NCBI GenBank assembly: GCA_964458555.1
Contig: CAYWJH010000001.1
Span: 52,031 to 116,030, forward strand
DNA: 64,000 nt
From: an uncultured Spirochaetaceae bacterium
Lineage (GTDB): Bacteria; Spirochaetota; Spirochaetia; DSM-27196; SLST01
Direction of reading: 5' to 3'
In this document: positions 9,551-17,323 of the stretch, piece by piece
Layout: each line of letters begins with the position of its first letter
How positions within the stretch are numbered: the first letter of the stretch is position 1
Translations under genes and position numbers: made by a program
The notes under the pieces: model-generated
Told to the model about the DNA's origin: nothing
Database searches by the model: none
Seen by the model: only the letters and a program-made list of their open reading frames with translations

Positions 9551-10669
9551 GTGCAGTCGAGCAGGACATCGTGCATCGGCATCCTGACGAGTGGGGGCGA
9601 CTGTCCGGGCCTCAACGCCGCGATCAGGGGCGTCGCGAAGGCGGCGATCGGCGAGTACGGGATCCGGGTGATCGGCTTTCACGACGGATTCCGCGGGCTG
9701 GTCGAGAACCGGTTCACCGTGCTCGAGGACCTCGACGTGAGCGGTATCCTCACCCAGGGGGGCACGATTCTGGGAACCGCGCGGGACCGTCCGGACCAGA
9801 TGTTCTTTGATGGAGAGGAGCGAGACACCACCTCCACCGCGGCGCGCAATCTGCGTGCGATCGGCGCCGAGTGCCTCGTCTGCCTCGGCGGCGGGGGGAC
9901 GCAACGCAACGCGAACCATCTGCGCGTCGCCGGCGGGGTGGACGTGCTCACGCTGCCCAAGACGATCGACAACGACGTCGTCGAAACCGACGTTGCCTTC
10001 GGCTTCGACAGCGCGATGTCGATCGCGAGCGAGGCGATCGATCGTCTCCACACGACGGCGACCAGCCACCACCGCATCATCGTCTGCGAGGTCATGGGGC
10101 ACGACTCGGGCTGGCTCGCGCTGGGTGCCGGCCTCGCCGGCGGAGCGGACGTGGTTCTCATCCCGGAGATCCCCTACGATCTGGAGGCCGTCGCGGCGCA
10201 TCTCCAGAAGCGACGCGAGTCGGGCAAACGCTTCAGCATCGTCGCCGTCGCCGAGGGAGCTCTTTCGAAGGTGGAGGCGGCGAACGGCTGGCGCGAGCGC
10301 GAGGAGCGTCGCGTGGTGATCGAGCACGAGGAGACCGGACGTCCGTACCACCTCGTTCAGGAGCCGAAGGCGAGTCGGATTGCGCGCGAGCTGCAGCGGC
10401 TCACCGGTACCGAGGCGCGCGTGACCTCGCTGGGCCACGTGCAGCGAGGCGGGAGCCCGTCGGCACGCGATCGGCTCCTCTCGACGCTTCTGGGAACGAA
10501 GGCGGCCGAGTTGCTCGCCGAGGGCACCTACAACGTGATGGTCGCCGTACGCGGCGAGTCGTGCGAGGCCGTCCCGCTCGAGCGGGTGGCGGGCCGCAAG
10601 AGAGTGGTTCCGCGCGACCATTCGTGGGTGCGCTCGGCCCAGCTCGTGGGGACCTGTCTCGGCGAGTAG
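9551..10669 (+). CDS. pfkA: 6-phosphofructokinase family (PFK) protein
   Basis: Motifs GILTSGGDCPGLNAAIRGV, LPKTIDNDV, LGHVQRGGSPS. GAGGAG lies 7 nt upstream of GTG 9551 (alternative start GTG 9536). The upstream part of track ORF 9251..10669 overlaps the deaminase in another frame. Confidence 0.85.
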   Translation: MQSSRTSCIGILTSGGDCPGLNAAIRGVAKAAIGEYGIRVIGFHDGFRGLVENRFTVLEDLDVSGILTQGGTILGTARDRPDQMFFDGEERDTTSTAARNLRAIGAECLVCLGGGGTQRNANHLRVAGGVDVLTLPKTIDNDVVETDVAFGFDSAMSIASEAIDRLHTTATSHHRIIVCEVMGHDSGWLALGAGLAGGADVVLIPEIPYDLEAVAAHLQKRRESGKRFSIVAVAEGALSKVEAANGWREREERRVVIEHEETGRPYHLVQEPKASRIARELQRLTGTEARVTSLGHVQRGGSPSARDRLLSTLLGTKAAELLAEGTYNVMVAVRGESCEAVPLERVAGRKRVVPRDHSWVRSAQLVGTCLGE

Positions 10670-10676
10670 CGACGGG

Positions 10677-11117
10677 TCAGCGGGGTCTTCCAGCCGCGTC
10701 GAGAAACTCCTCCTTGAGGTAGATCATCTCGTAGCGACCTGAGTCGTCGAAATCGTCCTCATCGCCGCTGCGCGCGGCGAAGAAGTAGAGGATGTCGTCC
10801 ATGTCGTCGATCGATTCGACGACGGCGTAGCGGACGAAGTGCTCCCGGCTCAGGTCGAGCAGTCGTCCGTTGAGCGGATACGGGCTGATCGAGTCGATCA
10901 ACCCGCGAAAGGTGTTTCGAAGACCGCCGTAATAGGCGCGCGCGCGTCCGACGAGCTCGGGGCGACGACCACCCTCGTCGCGGTATATTTCGAAGACGCC
11001 GGGTAGCGAGGGGACGCGCCCCCGGATCACCCGCTTCTCGAGACGCATGAGCGGGCTCCACCAGACGGTGAAATAGGCGGTGTCGTCGCGCAGGCGTTTC
11101 TCAACGTGTGGTTCCAC
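10677..11117 (-). CDS. Hypothetical 146-aa protein with a weak GIY-YIG-like signature
   Basis: Terminal part of composite track ORF 10677..12524, with high GC3. The string PGVFEIYRDEGGRRPELVGRARAYYGGLRNTF resembles GIY-(x12)-YIG-(x)-R. It has its own promoter, TTGGAC-N17-TATAGT, 6 nt upstream of GTG 11117. The start is uncertain (alternative ATG 11049). Confidence 0.5.
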   Translation of the reverse strand: MEPHVEKRLRDDTAYFTVWWSPLMRLEKRVIRGRVPSLPGVFEIYRDEGGRRPELVGRARAYYGGLRNTFRGLIDSISPYPLNGRLLDLSREHFVRYAVVESIDDMDDILYFFAARSGDEDDFDDSGRYEMIYLKEEFLDAAGRPR

Positions 11118-11158
11118 CCGTCCACTATACAGGATGAGATCCTCACGTCCAAAGCGCT

Positions 11159-11788
11159 TCAGTTGAGTAAGGAGCCCAGATCGATGTCCTGGTCGAGCAC
11201 GCCCCGGATCCGCGCCTGGGTGACGAGGTCCTCGTTGATCCGCTCGAGTTCGGCGATCGAGCGTTCGAGGCGATCGTCGCTGCGCTCGATCTCGAGCAGC
11301 TCCTGCTTCGTGTCGAGCCCGAACTGGTCGAGCCCCGCGATGAGGAAGGAGAGCTGGGTGCCGGTCAGCGCACCGAGCGTCGCGCGGTCGAGCGAGACCT
11401 CCGCGTAGTAGGCGTACTTGAGAAGCTCGTTGACCGCCCGCCCGGCGAGCTTCTCGTCCTCGCCGGTGGCGTGGTCGTCGAGGTAGCGCACATCGGCCTC
11501 CAGGTAGAGTCCCGACTCGTCGAGGCGGTCGATGGTGAAGCGCTCGTGGCCCACCGCGAGAATGTCGAGCCTCCCGTCGTCGTAGCGCTTGATCACGCGG
11601 TCCACGATTGCCGAACACCCCACCTGCTGCATCGATTCGCCCCGGTGGTAGACGACGCCGAAGGGGACATCCTCGTCGATGCACCGGTCTATGAGCGAGC
11701 GGTATCGCTCCTCGAATATGTGGAGCGGCAGCGGCACGCTGGGGAAGAGCACGAGCTGCAGCGGAAACAAACCGATTCGATTCATCAC
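11159..11788 (-). CDS. LON N-terminal (substrate-binding, PUA-like) domain protein
   Basis: 209 aa. The N-terminus LFPLQLVLFPSVPLPLHIFEERYRSLIDRC is typical of stand-alone Lon-N proteins. Confidence 0.8.
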   Translation of the reverse strand: MMNRIGLFPLQLVLFPSVPLPLHIFEERYRSLIDRCIDEDVPFGVVYHRGESMQQVGCSAIVDRVIKRYDDGRLDILAVGHERFTIDRLDESGLYLEADVRYLDDHATGEDEKLAGRAVNELLKYAYYAEVSLDRATLGALTGTQLSFLIAGLDQFGLDTKQELLEIERSDDRLERSIAELERINEDLVTQARIRGVLDQDIDLGSLLN

Positions 11789-11835
11789 GCCGCAATATAC
11801 TCAGATCGTCACGCGACGCCGAATCCGGAAACGTC

Positions 11836-11864
11836 CTGACAGCCCACGTCGGCAGCACTATACT
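11836..11864 (+). promoter_or_regulatory. Candidate promoter for the ComFB-domain operon (CTGACA-N17-TATACT), 12 nt upstream of ATG 11877
   Basis: Read directly from the 88-bp divergent intergenic region. Confidence 0.4.
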
Positions 11865-11876
11865 TGCGGGTAGGCC

Positions 11877-12626
11877 ATGAGACTCAAGAATTACCAGGAA
11901 GACGTCGTATTCCGGGCGATCGAGATCGCGCTGGAGGATCAGCCGGAGTTGCTCTCCGACGACGCGTTTGTCAACGACGTTGCTGCCTACGTGCTGAACC
12001 GCGTCCCGCCGCGCTACGTGATGAGCGAGCGCGGATTCCTCCGTCTCGCGCTCGAGCATAGCGACGAGGCGAACGGAGATCGCTCGCTCGCGAACGTGAT
12101 CGAGCTCATGATGCTCGTGAACCGGGGCGTGGAGATCGTGGGATGCCGCCGGTCGGCCGTTCCGGACGAGTCCGCCGCGCCGGATCCCACCCGACTCACC
12201 GGACTCGAAGGCGGGTTGACCGCGGAGCCGACGCTCGAATACGTGCACAACTACCCGCAGATCATCGGGCGCGTGGTGGACGCCGAGAGCGGTTCGCCGG
12301 TCGTCGACGCGACGGTGACGCTGTTCATCGACGGAGATCTCGTGCCCCCGGCGGCGAAGGGCTGGCAGAACCCGTACGTAACACACGAGCAGACGAGGGG
12401 ACACTTCAGCTTCTGGCCGCGCGCTGCGAAAAGCGACGCGCTCGAGCTCCACGGTCAGATGCTCTTCACCGTCGACCACCCCGCCTACGAACCGTTTTCG
12501 CACGCCGAGCCGGTCACCACCCACGCCGCGTTCGACGCCGCCCGGACGATCAGCGGCGACCGGATCGTGTCGCTTCGGACCTTTGCGCTCACACCGTGCG
12601 CCGGGGACGCGGGGGGGCGCTCGTGA
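11877..12626 (+). CDS. ComFB-domain protein fused to a C-terminal beta-sandwich (carboxypeptidase-regulatory-like) domain
   Basis: The N-terminus KNYQEDVVFRAIEIAL...FVNDVAAYVLNRVPPRYV matches the ComFB pattern. The C-terminal part GRVVDAESGSPVVDATVTLFIDG resembles CarboxypepD_reg. Confidence 0.7.
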   Translation: MRLKNYQEDVVFRAIEIALEDQPELLSDDAFVNDVAAYVLNRVPPRYVMSERGFLRLALEHSDEANGDRSLANVIELMMLVNRGVEIVGCRRSAVPDESAAPDPTRLTGLEGGLTAEPTLEYVHNYPQIIGRVVDAESGSPVVDATVTLFIDGDLVPPAAKGWQNPYVTHEQTRGHFSFWPRAAKSDALELHGQMLFTVDHPAYEPFSHAEPVTTHAAFDAARTISGDRIVSLRTFALTPCAGDAGGRS

Positions 12627-13078
12627 AGGGTCGCGACCTCCTCTCGCTCTCCTTCCGCGTGATCGGCGCGCTGTTCGCGTCGATCGGCGCGATCGTCGTG
12701 GCGAGCACGCTCGTCTTTCTCGCGCGCGCCGAGCCGGTCGCAGGGACCGTCGTCGACTACGCCGTGGAGCAGAACTCGATCACCTTTCTCCAGGGCAGCG
12801 AGCCGACGGGGCTGCTGTACTACCCGATCGTCGAATACTCGGCGGGGGGCGAGGAGCACCGAGTGACCGGACGAACCGGCCGGACATCCCGCACGTGGGA
12901 GCCGGGTGAGCGGCTGGCCGTTCTCGTCGCGCGCGGCAACCCGCAGAAGGCACGCATCAATACGGTCTTCGGCGTCTGGGGCAGCGCGATCATCCTCGGT
13001 GGGCTGGGCGCGCTCTTCCTGCTGTTGAGCGTTCTCGCGCCGTTCGGGTTCCGAGGAGCGCGTCGTGAGCAGGGCTGA
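12623..13078 (+). CDS. DUF3592-like membrane protein
   Basis: GTG 12623 overlaps the upstream stop (GTGA). Layout is TM, then a beta-rich core (YYPIVEYSAGGEEHRV...PGERLAVLV), then a C-terminal TM. Confidence 0.65.
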   Translation: MKGRDLLSLSFRVIGALFASIGAIVVASTLVFLARAEPVAGTVVDYAVEQNSITFLQGSEPTGLLYYPIVEYSAGGEEHRVTGRTGRTSRTWEPGERLAVLVARGNPQKARINTVFGVWGSAIILGGLGALFLLLSVLAPFGFRGARREQG

Positions 13079-13457
13079 GGAGATCAGACGCGATCAGGAG
13101 CGTGCGGAGGCCGCGCGTCCGGCGATTCTCGAATGGCTCCGCGAGGGGCGCGAACCGCTCGACGTATCGCACGAGGTGAGCGAGCGCTTCGACGTGGAAG
13201 AGTCGCAGGCGTACCGATGGGTCGCCTACATCGCCGAGGACTTCGAGCGCCGGCGGCGCCGGATCGCGTTCATCGGGCTCTCGTTGTTGTGGCCCGGTAT
13301 GCTCGTGCTCGTCGCCGGCCCGGCGCTCTGGCTCTTCGGCGTTCCAGGACCCGGGATCACCTTCTGGCTGCTCGGGCTCGTCGTGGGGGTGCCGCTTTCC
13401 TCCGCAGGCGCGTGGCTTTCTACCTCGGCACGACGTCTCGTGCGCGTTACGCTCTGA
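13065..13457 (+). CDS. Hypothetical membrane protein (charged helical N-terminus plus two TM segments)
   Basis: 130-aa ORF overlapping the upstream gene by 14 nt. It has high GC3 and hydrophobic segments IAFIGLSLLWPGMLVLVAGPALWLF and ITFWLLGLVVGVPL. Confidence 0.55.
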   Translation: MSRAEEIRRDQERAEAARPAILEWLREGREPLDVSHEVSERFDVEESQAYRWVAYIAEDFERRRRRIAFIGLSLLWPGMLVLVAGPALWLFGVPGPGITFWLLGLVVGVPLSSAGAWLSTSARRLVRVTL

Positions 13458-13524
13458 CGAGCGGTACGACGCGCGAACCACTCGCGCACGAGCGGGTGAA
13501 ACCCGTCGAGCGGGTCCGAGCCGC

Positions 13525-13779
13525 TCATCGCAGCGGGTCTTCGGTGTGCTCGGCGAGGTCCTCGGGGAAGAGCTGCTCGAGATGGTAGCGTGTGACGTAC
13601 TCGTTGCGGGTCTCGTCGCTCGAGATCCCGCGCACCCGGTAGGCGAGCATGCGCACGGTGGCGACCGGTGTCGCGAGCGGTCTGCCGGACACGTCGACGA
13701 GCTGGTTGAATCGAAGCGGCCAGTCGATCTCCTGCGTGTCGCCCTCCGGGTAGACGAGGATGCGCGTGTCGTACTTCAT
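13525..13779 (-). CDS. Hypothetical 84-aa protein
   Basis: GGGAGG lies 5 nt upstream of ATG 13779 (MKYDTRILVYPEG...). Composition is protein-like. No family was recognised. Confidence 0.6.
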   Translation of the reverse strand: MKYDTRILVYPEGDTQEIDWPLRFNQLVDVSGRPLATPVATVRMLAYRVRGISSDETRNEYVTRYHLEQLFPEDLAEHTEDPLR

Positions 13780-13885
13780 TGACCCTCCCGGTCTCGCTGA
13801 TGATCTTATCACACGGCCGGGGCGCGGGGTTCAACCCTTCCAATCAACTGAGGTATCCTGCGGGGACCGTTGCAAAGGAGCTCAC

Positions 13886-14065
13886 ATGAAAGGCCGAACC
13901 TTCCTGATCTTGGCCCTGGCTATTGCCGCGGTCGACATTCTCGTGCCGTATCTCGTGCTTGCCCGGACCGGCAGTTTCGCGGCGAGCTTCCTGTTCTGGT
14001 GCGTGATCACACTCGCGATGATCGTCTACGCCGGGATCGTCACGCGACCCTGGAGGAACCGCTGA
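13886..14065 (+). CDS. Small two-TM protein (DUF3311-like) preceding a solute:sodium symporter
   Basis: AAAGGAG RBS before ATG 13886. The product MKGRTFLILALAIAAVDILVPYLVL... is 59 aa, and its stop overlaps the symporter start. Confidence 0.7.
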   Translation: MKGRTFLILALAIAAVDILVPYLVLARTGSFAASFLFWCVITLAMIVYAGIVTRPWRNR

Positions 14066-15528
14066 TGTCTGCCCTCTTCGTCATCGTCGCGATGATCGCC
14101 TGGACGGTCGTCGCCATGCTGATTGCCGCCGCGGCTCGGCGCGGTATGGGCAAAGGCGCGAGCGAGTTCTTCCTCGGTGGTCGTCGCATCCGGGGATTCG
14201 TCTCCGGCATGACCTACGCCGCCACGACGTACAGCGCCTTCATGCTCGTGGGTCTGGTCGGGCTCACGTATCGCAGCGGCGTGGGCGCGCTGGGTTTCGA
14301 GATGACCTATCTCGTCTTCACGGTCCTCTTCCTGCTCGTTTTCGGTCCCCGCTTCTGGCTTGTCGGCGAGCGCTACGGGCATATCACTCCCCCCGAGCTT
14401 CTCGGCGCGCGCTACGAGAGCAAGTGGGTCGCGTTCACCGGGGCGCTGATCAGCTTCATCATGCTGATCCCGTACTCATCGGTGCAGCTCATCGGAGCGG
14501 GGCTGCTCGTTTCCGGTCTGACCGGCGGTGCGGTCCCCTTCTTCGTCGGCGTGTTCATCATGGCGTTCCTGTCGGGAGTGACCGCGATCTGGGCGGGGAT
14601 GAGATCGGTATCGTGGACGGACGCCGTCCAGGCGATCACGATGATCGTCACGAGCATCGTCGCCGTGCTCTTCGTCTTCTACCGGTTCTTCGACGGCCCG
14701 GTCGGGTTCGTTACGACGATCACCGAGACGCAGCCCGAGCTACTCGAGTTCACCTGGTCGCCGGCGCTCTTCGTCGGGCTGACACTGCCCTGGGCGTTCT
14801 TTGCGCTGACGAACCCGCAGGTCTCTCAACGCCTGTTCATCCCGGACCGGCTCGGCAGCATGCGCCGCATGATCCTCTACTTCGCCGCGTTCGGGTTTCT
14901 CTACACGATCATCGCGACGCTCTTCGGTTTCGCAGCGTCGAATATCATTCCCGGACTCGAGAACCCGGACCGCGCGATGCCGGAGTTGCTCGCGCGCCTG
15001 CCCGCCGGCCTGTCGGTGATCATCTTCATCGGTGTCTTCGCCGCGGCGTCGAGCACGCTCGGGTCGATCGTCCTGACGCTGAGCTCGCTGTTCACCCGCG
15101 ACGTCGTCAAGGTCATCCGCCCGGAGATCAGCGAGGCGAGCGAACGGAGGCTCGCTCAGCTCGCGATGGTCGTTCTGCTCGTCCTCTGCATCGGCTTCGC
15201 GTCGCTGCAACTGGGGCTCATCGCGGTCCTTTCGAGCATGGCGAGCGGCGGACTCCTGGTGATGGCGCCGGCGATCATCGGTGCGTTCTTCTGGAAGCGC
15301 GCGACCGCCGCCGGCGCGCTGGTCTCCATGATCGTCGGGGCGCTCGTGACCGGGGTGCTCTACCTGACCGGATACTACCCGCTGGGATGGTGGCCGCCGG
15401 TGTGGGGCGGGGGGCTGACCGCCGTGCTCTTCGTAGTCGTGAGCTTCGCCACCTCGCCACCTGTTGGAGGCGCGGCGTTCGTAGACCGTCTCAACGCCGA
15501 CATGGCCGAGCGCGGCCTGCCGTCGTAG
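14065..15528 (+). CDS. Sodium:solute symporter (SSS family)
   Basis: 487 aa and polytopic. Motifs EFFLGGRRIRGFVSGMTYAATTYSAFMLVG. ATG 14065 overlaps the upstream TGA. Confidence 0.85.
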   Translation: MSALFVIVAMIAWTVVAMLIAAAARRGMGKGASEFFLGGRRIRGFVSGMTYAATTYSAFMLVGLVGLTYRSGVGALGFEMTYLVFTVLFLLVFGPRFWLVGERYGHITPPELLGARYESKWVAFTGALISFIMLIPYSSVQLIGAGLLVSGLTGGAVPFFVGVFIMAFLSGVTAIWAGMRSVSWTDAVQAITMIVTSIVAVLFVFYRFFDGPVGFVTTITETQPELLEFTWSPALFVGLTLPWAFFALTNPQVSQRLFIPDRLGSMRRMILYFAAFGFLYTIIATLFGFAASNIIPGLENPDRAMPELLARLPAGLSVIIFIGVFAAASSTLGSIVLTLSSLFTRDVVKVIRPEISEASERRLAQLAMVVLLVLCIGFASLQLGLIAVLSSMASGGLLVMAPAIIGAFFWKRATAAGALVSMIVGALVTGVLYLTGYYPLGWWPPVWGGGLTAVLFVVVSFATSPPVGGAAFVDRLNADMAERGLPS

Positions 15529-15539
15529 CGGAAGTCCGG

Positions 15540-15568
15540 TTGCAGATCGCCGTTCGTTGGCCGATAAT
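15540..15568 (+). promoter_or_regulatory. Candidate promoter (TTGCAG-N17-GATAAT) for the GGDEF gene, leaving a ~65-nt leader
   Basis: Read directly. The downstream leader contains the palindrome GAACGCGCGTTC (15584-15595) and GGAGG 5 nt before ATG 15640. Confidence 0.4.
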
Positions 15569-15639
15569 CGGGGTAGTGAAAGCGAACGCGCGTTCTCCCA
15601 AAGCGACGATCCTGTCTCGCGCTGCATCCGGAGGTGACG

Positions 15640-17322
15640 ATGTCCGGGCTGTCTGAGGGGATCCAGGCTCGGCTCCGGGCGCTCGCCGACACCTTCGGCG
15701 AAGAGCTGCCGAGGCGCATGCAGCAGATCGTCGACAGCGCCCGGTCCGCGCTCGGCGAGGAGACGACGATCGAGGCGGTCCGAGCGCTGCGTCATCACGC
15801 GCATAAGCTCGCCGGCTCGGCGGCAACGTTCGGCTTCCACCACGTTACCGCGTGCGCGAAGCGACTCGAGCACGCGCTCGACGCGGTGCTCGAAGAAAAG
15901 CGGATCCCTACGCGCGAGGAGCGACGTCAAATCCGGATGTTCGTCGCCGAGCTGAGCGAGTCCACGAGGTCGCACGCGTCGACCGCGGGCGTCGAGGAGC
16001 TCGAACAGGTCGACGACGACGGCCACCCCGTTGCCGAGGCGACCCCGGGCCGGACGCAGGAGACCGACGACGGCCACCGTCGTATCGTCCTGCTCGTCCA
16101 CTCGAACGAGCTGTCTGACACGCTGAGCGAACGGTTCACCTTCTACGGGTTCGAGACGGTCGTCATCGACGGTCCGCAGCGGCTCTCGGAGACGATGTGC
16201 ACGGGATGCCATACGGCGCTCATCGTCGACGTGTCGCTCATCGAGAACGACTCCGCGGTCGCCGAGCGAATAACGTCCATCCACGCGAATGCAGGCGGCC
16301 GTTTCCACGTCGTCTACGTCTCCGACCGTGACGACTTTTCCGTCCGGTTGCTCGCGGTTCGCACCGCCGGTGCGGCGTTCTTCAGCTCTCCGGTCGACAC
16401 GCATCGCGTGATCGACACCGTCGACGGGCTCACCTCCGGCGGAGCCGGCGAACCGTACCACATCCTCATCGTGGACGACGACACCGAGCAGGTCTCCTAC
16501 CACGCGCTCATCCTGCAGCGCGCTGGGATGATCACCTCCGTCGTATCCGATCCAAACTACATGTTTTCCGTGCTCATCGAGGCGAAGCCCGACCTCATCC
16601 TGATGGATATGTATATGCCCGGCTGTACGGGGCCGGAGCTCGCCTCGCTCATCCGCCAGCAGGAAGCGTTCGTCGGGATCCCCATCGTTTTTCTGTCGGT
16701 CGAGACCGACGAGGACAAGCAGTTCGAGGCCGTGAGCCGGGGAGGCGACGGGTTCCTCTGCAAGCCGATAAAGCCGGAGCATCTCGTGACCGCCGTGTCC
16801 AACCGCGTCGAGCGGATTCGCAGCATGCGTTTCTTCATGGAGCGCGATTCGCTTACCGGCTTGCTCAACCACACGCACCTGATGCAGAGCCTCTCGACCG
16901 AGGTGCAACGCGCAGAGCGGGTACAGCGGCCTCTGTGCTTTGCCATGATCGACATAGACCACTTCAAGCGGGTCAACGATACCTACGGGCACCTCACTGG
17001 CGACCGGGTGCTCAAGAACCTTTCCCGACTGCTCACCGAGCGGCTGCGCAAGACCGACGTGATCGGACGCTACGGCGGCGAGGAGTTCGGAATCGTCATG
17101 TTCAACGTAGACGTCGACAACGCGAAGCGGATCGTCGACGCGATCCGGAACGACTTCGCGAAGGTCGTCCACGAGGCCGGCGAACGCCAGTTCAGCGTCA
17201 CCTTCTCGTGCGGCATCGCGAGCTTTCCTACCTACGACGGACCCGGCCCCTTGAGCGAGACCGCCGATCGCGCGCTCTACCTTGCTAAGGAGGAAGGGCG
17301 CAACCGCGTCAGCGCGCTCTGA
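15640..17322 (+). CDS. Hpt / degenerate receiver / receiver / GGDEF diguanylate cyclase
   Basis: Hpt: HHAHKLAGSAATFG. REC: HILIVDDD...DLILMDMYMPG...FLCKP. GGDEF: RYGGEEFGIVMF, with the I-site RKTD 5 aa upstream. Confidence 0.9.
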   Translation: MSGLSEGIQARLRALADTFGEELPRRMQQIVDSARSALGEETTIEAVRALRHHAHKLAGSAATFGFHHVTACAKRLEHALDAVLEEKRIPTREERRQIRMFVAELSESTRSHASTAGVEELEQVDDDGHPVAEATPGRTQETDDGHRRIVLLVHSNELSDTLSERFTFYGFETVVIDGPQRLSETMCTGCHTALIVDVSLIENDSAVAERITSIHANAGGRFHVVYVSDRDDFSVRLLAVRTAGAAFFSSPVDTHRVIDTVDGLTSGGAGEPYHILIVDDDTEQVSYHALILQRAGMITSVVSDPNYMFSVLIEAKPDLILMDMYMPGCTGPELASLIRQQEAFVGIPIVFLSVETDEDKQFEAVSRGGDGFLCKPIKPEHLVTAVSNRVERIRSMRFFMERDSLTGLLNHTHLMQSLSTEVQRAERVQRPLCFAMIDIDHFKRVNDTYGHLTGDRVLKNLSRLLTERLRKTDVIGRYGGEEFGIVMFNVDVDNAKRIVDAIRNDFAKVVHEAGERQFSVTFSCGIASFPTYDGPGPLSETADRALYLAKEEGRNRVSAL

Positions 17323-17323
17323 C

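Noticed and set aside
10677-12524. A single 615-aa minus-strand ORF
   Set aside because: It is composite. Only the last ~146 codons look like a protein. The remainder is antisense or out of frame to the Lon-N gene and the ComFB gene and is Arg/Pro/His-rich.
13820-13842. A tRNA T-arm-like string, GGGGTTCAACCC
   Set aside because: The flanks do not form acceptor, D or anticodon stems, and the 5-bp T-stem is not complementary. It lies in a 106-bp divergent promoter region.
15584-15595. A perfect 12-bp palindrome, GAACGCGCGTTC, in the GGDEF leader
   Set aside because: It is short and GC-rich, so it is expected fairly often by chance in DNA of this composition. I noticed no second copy. It is kept only as a note under the GGDEF finding.
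14740-17172. An 810-aa minus-strand ORF
   Set aside because: It is antisense to the symporter and the GGDEF gene, both of which have unambiguous motifs. The translation is Arg/Asp/Glu/His-rich.
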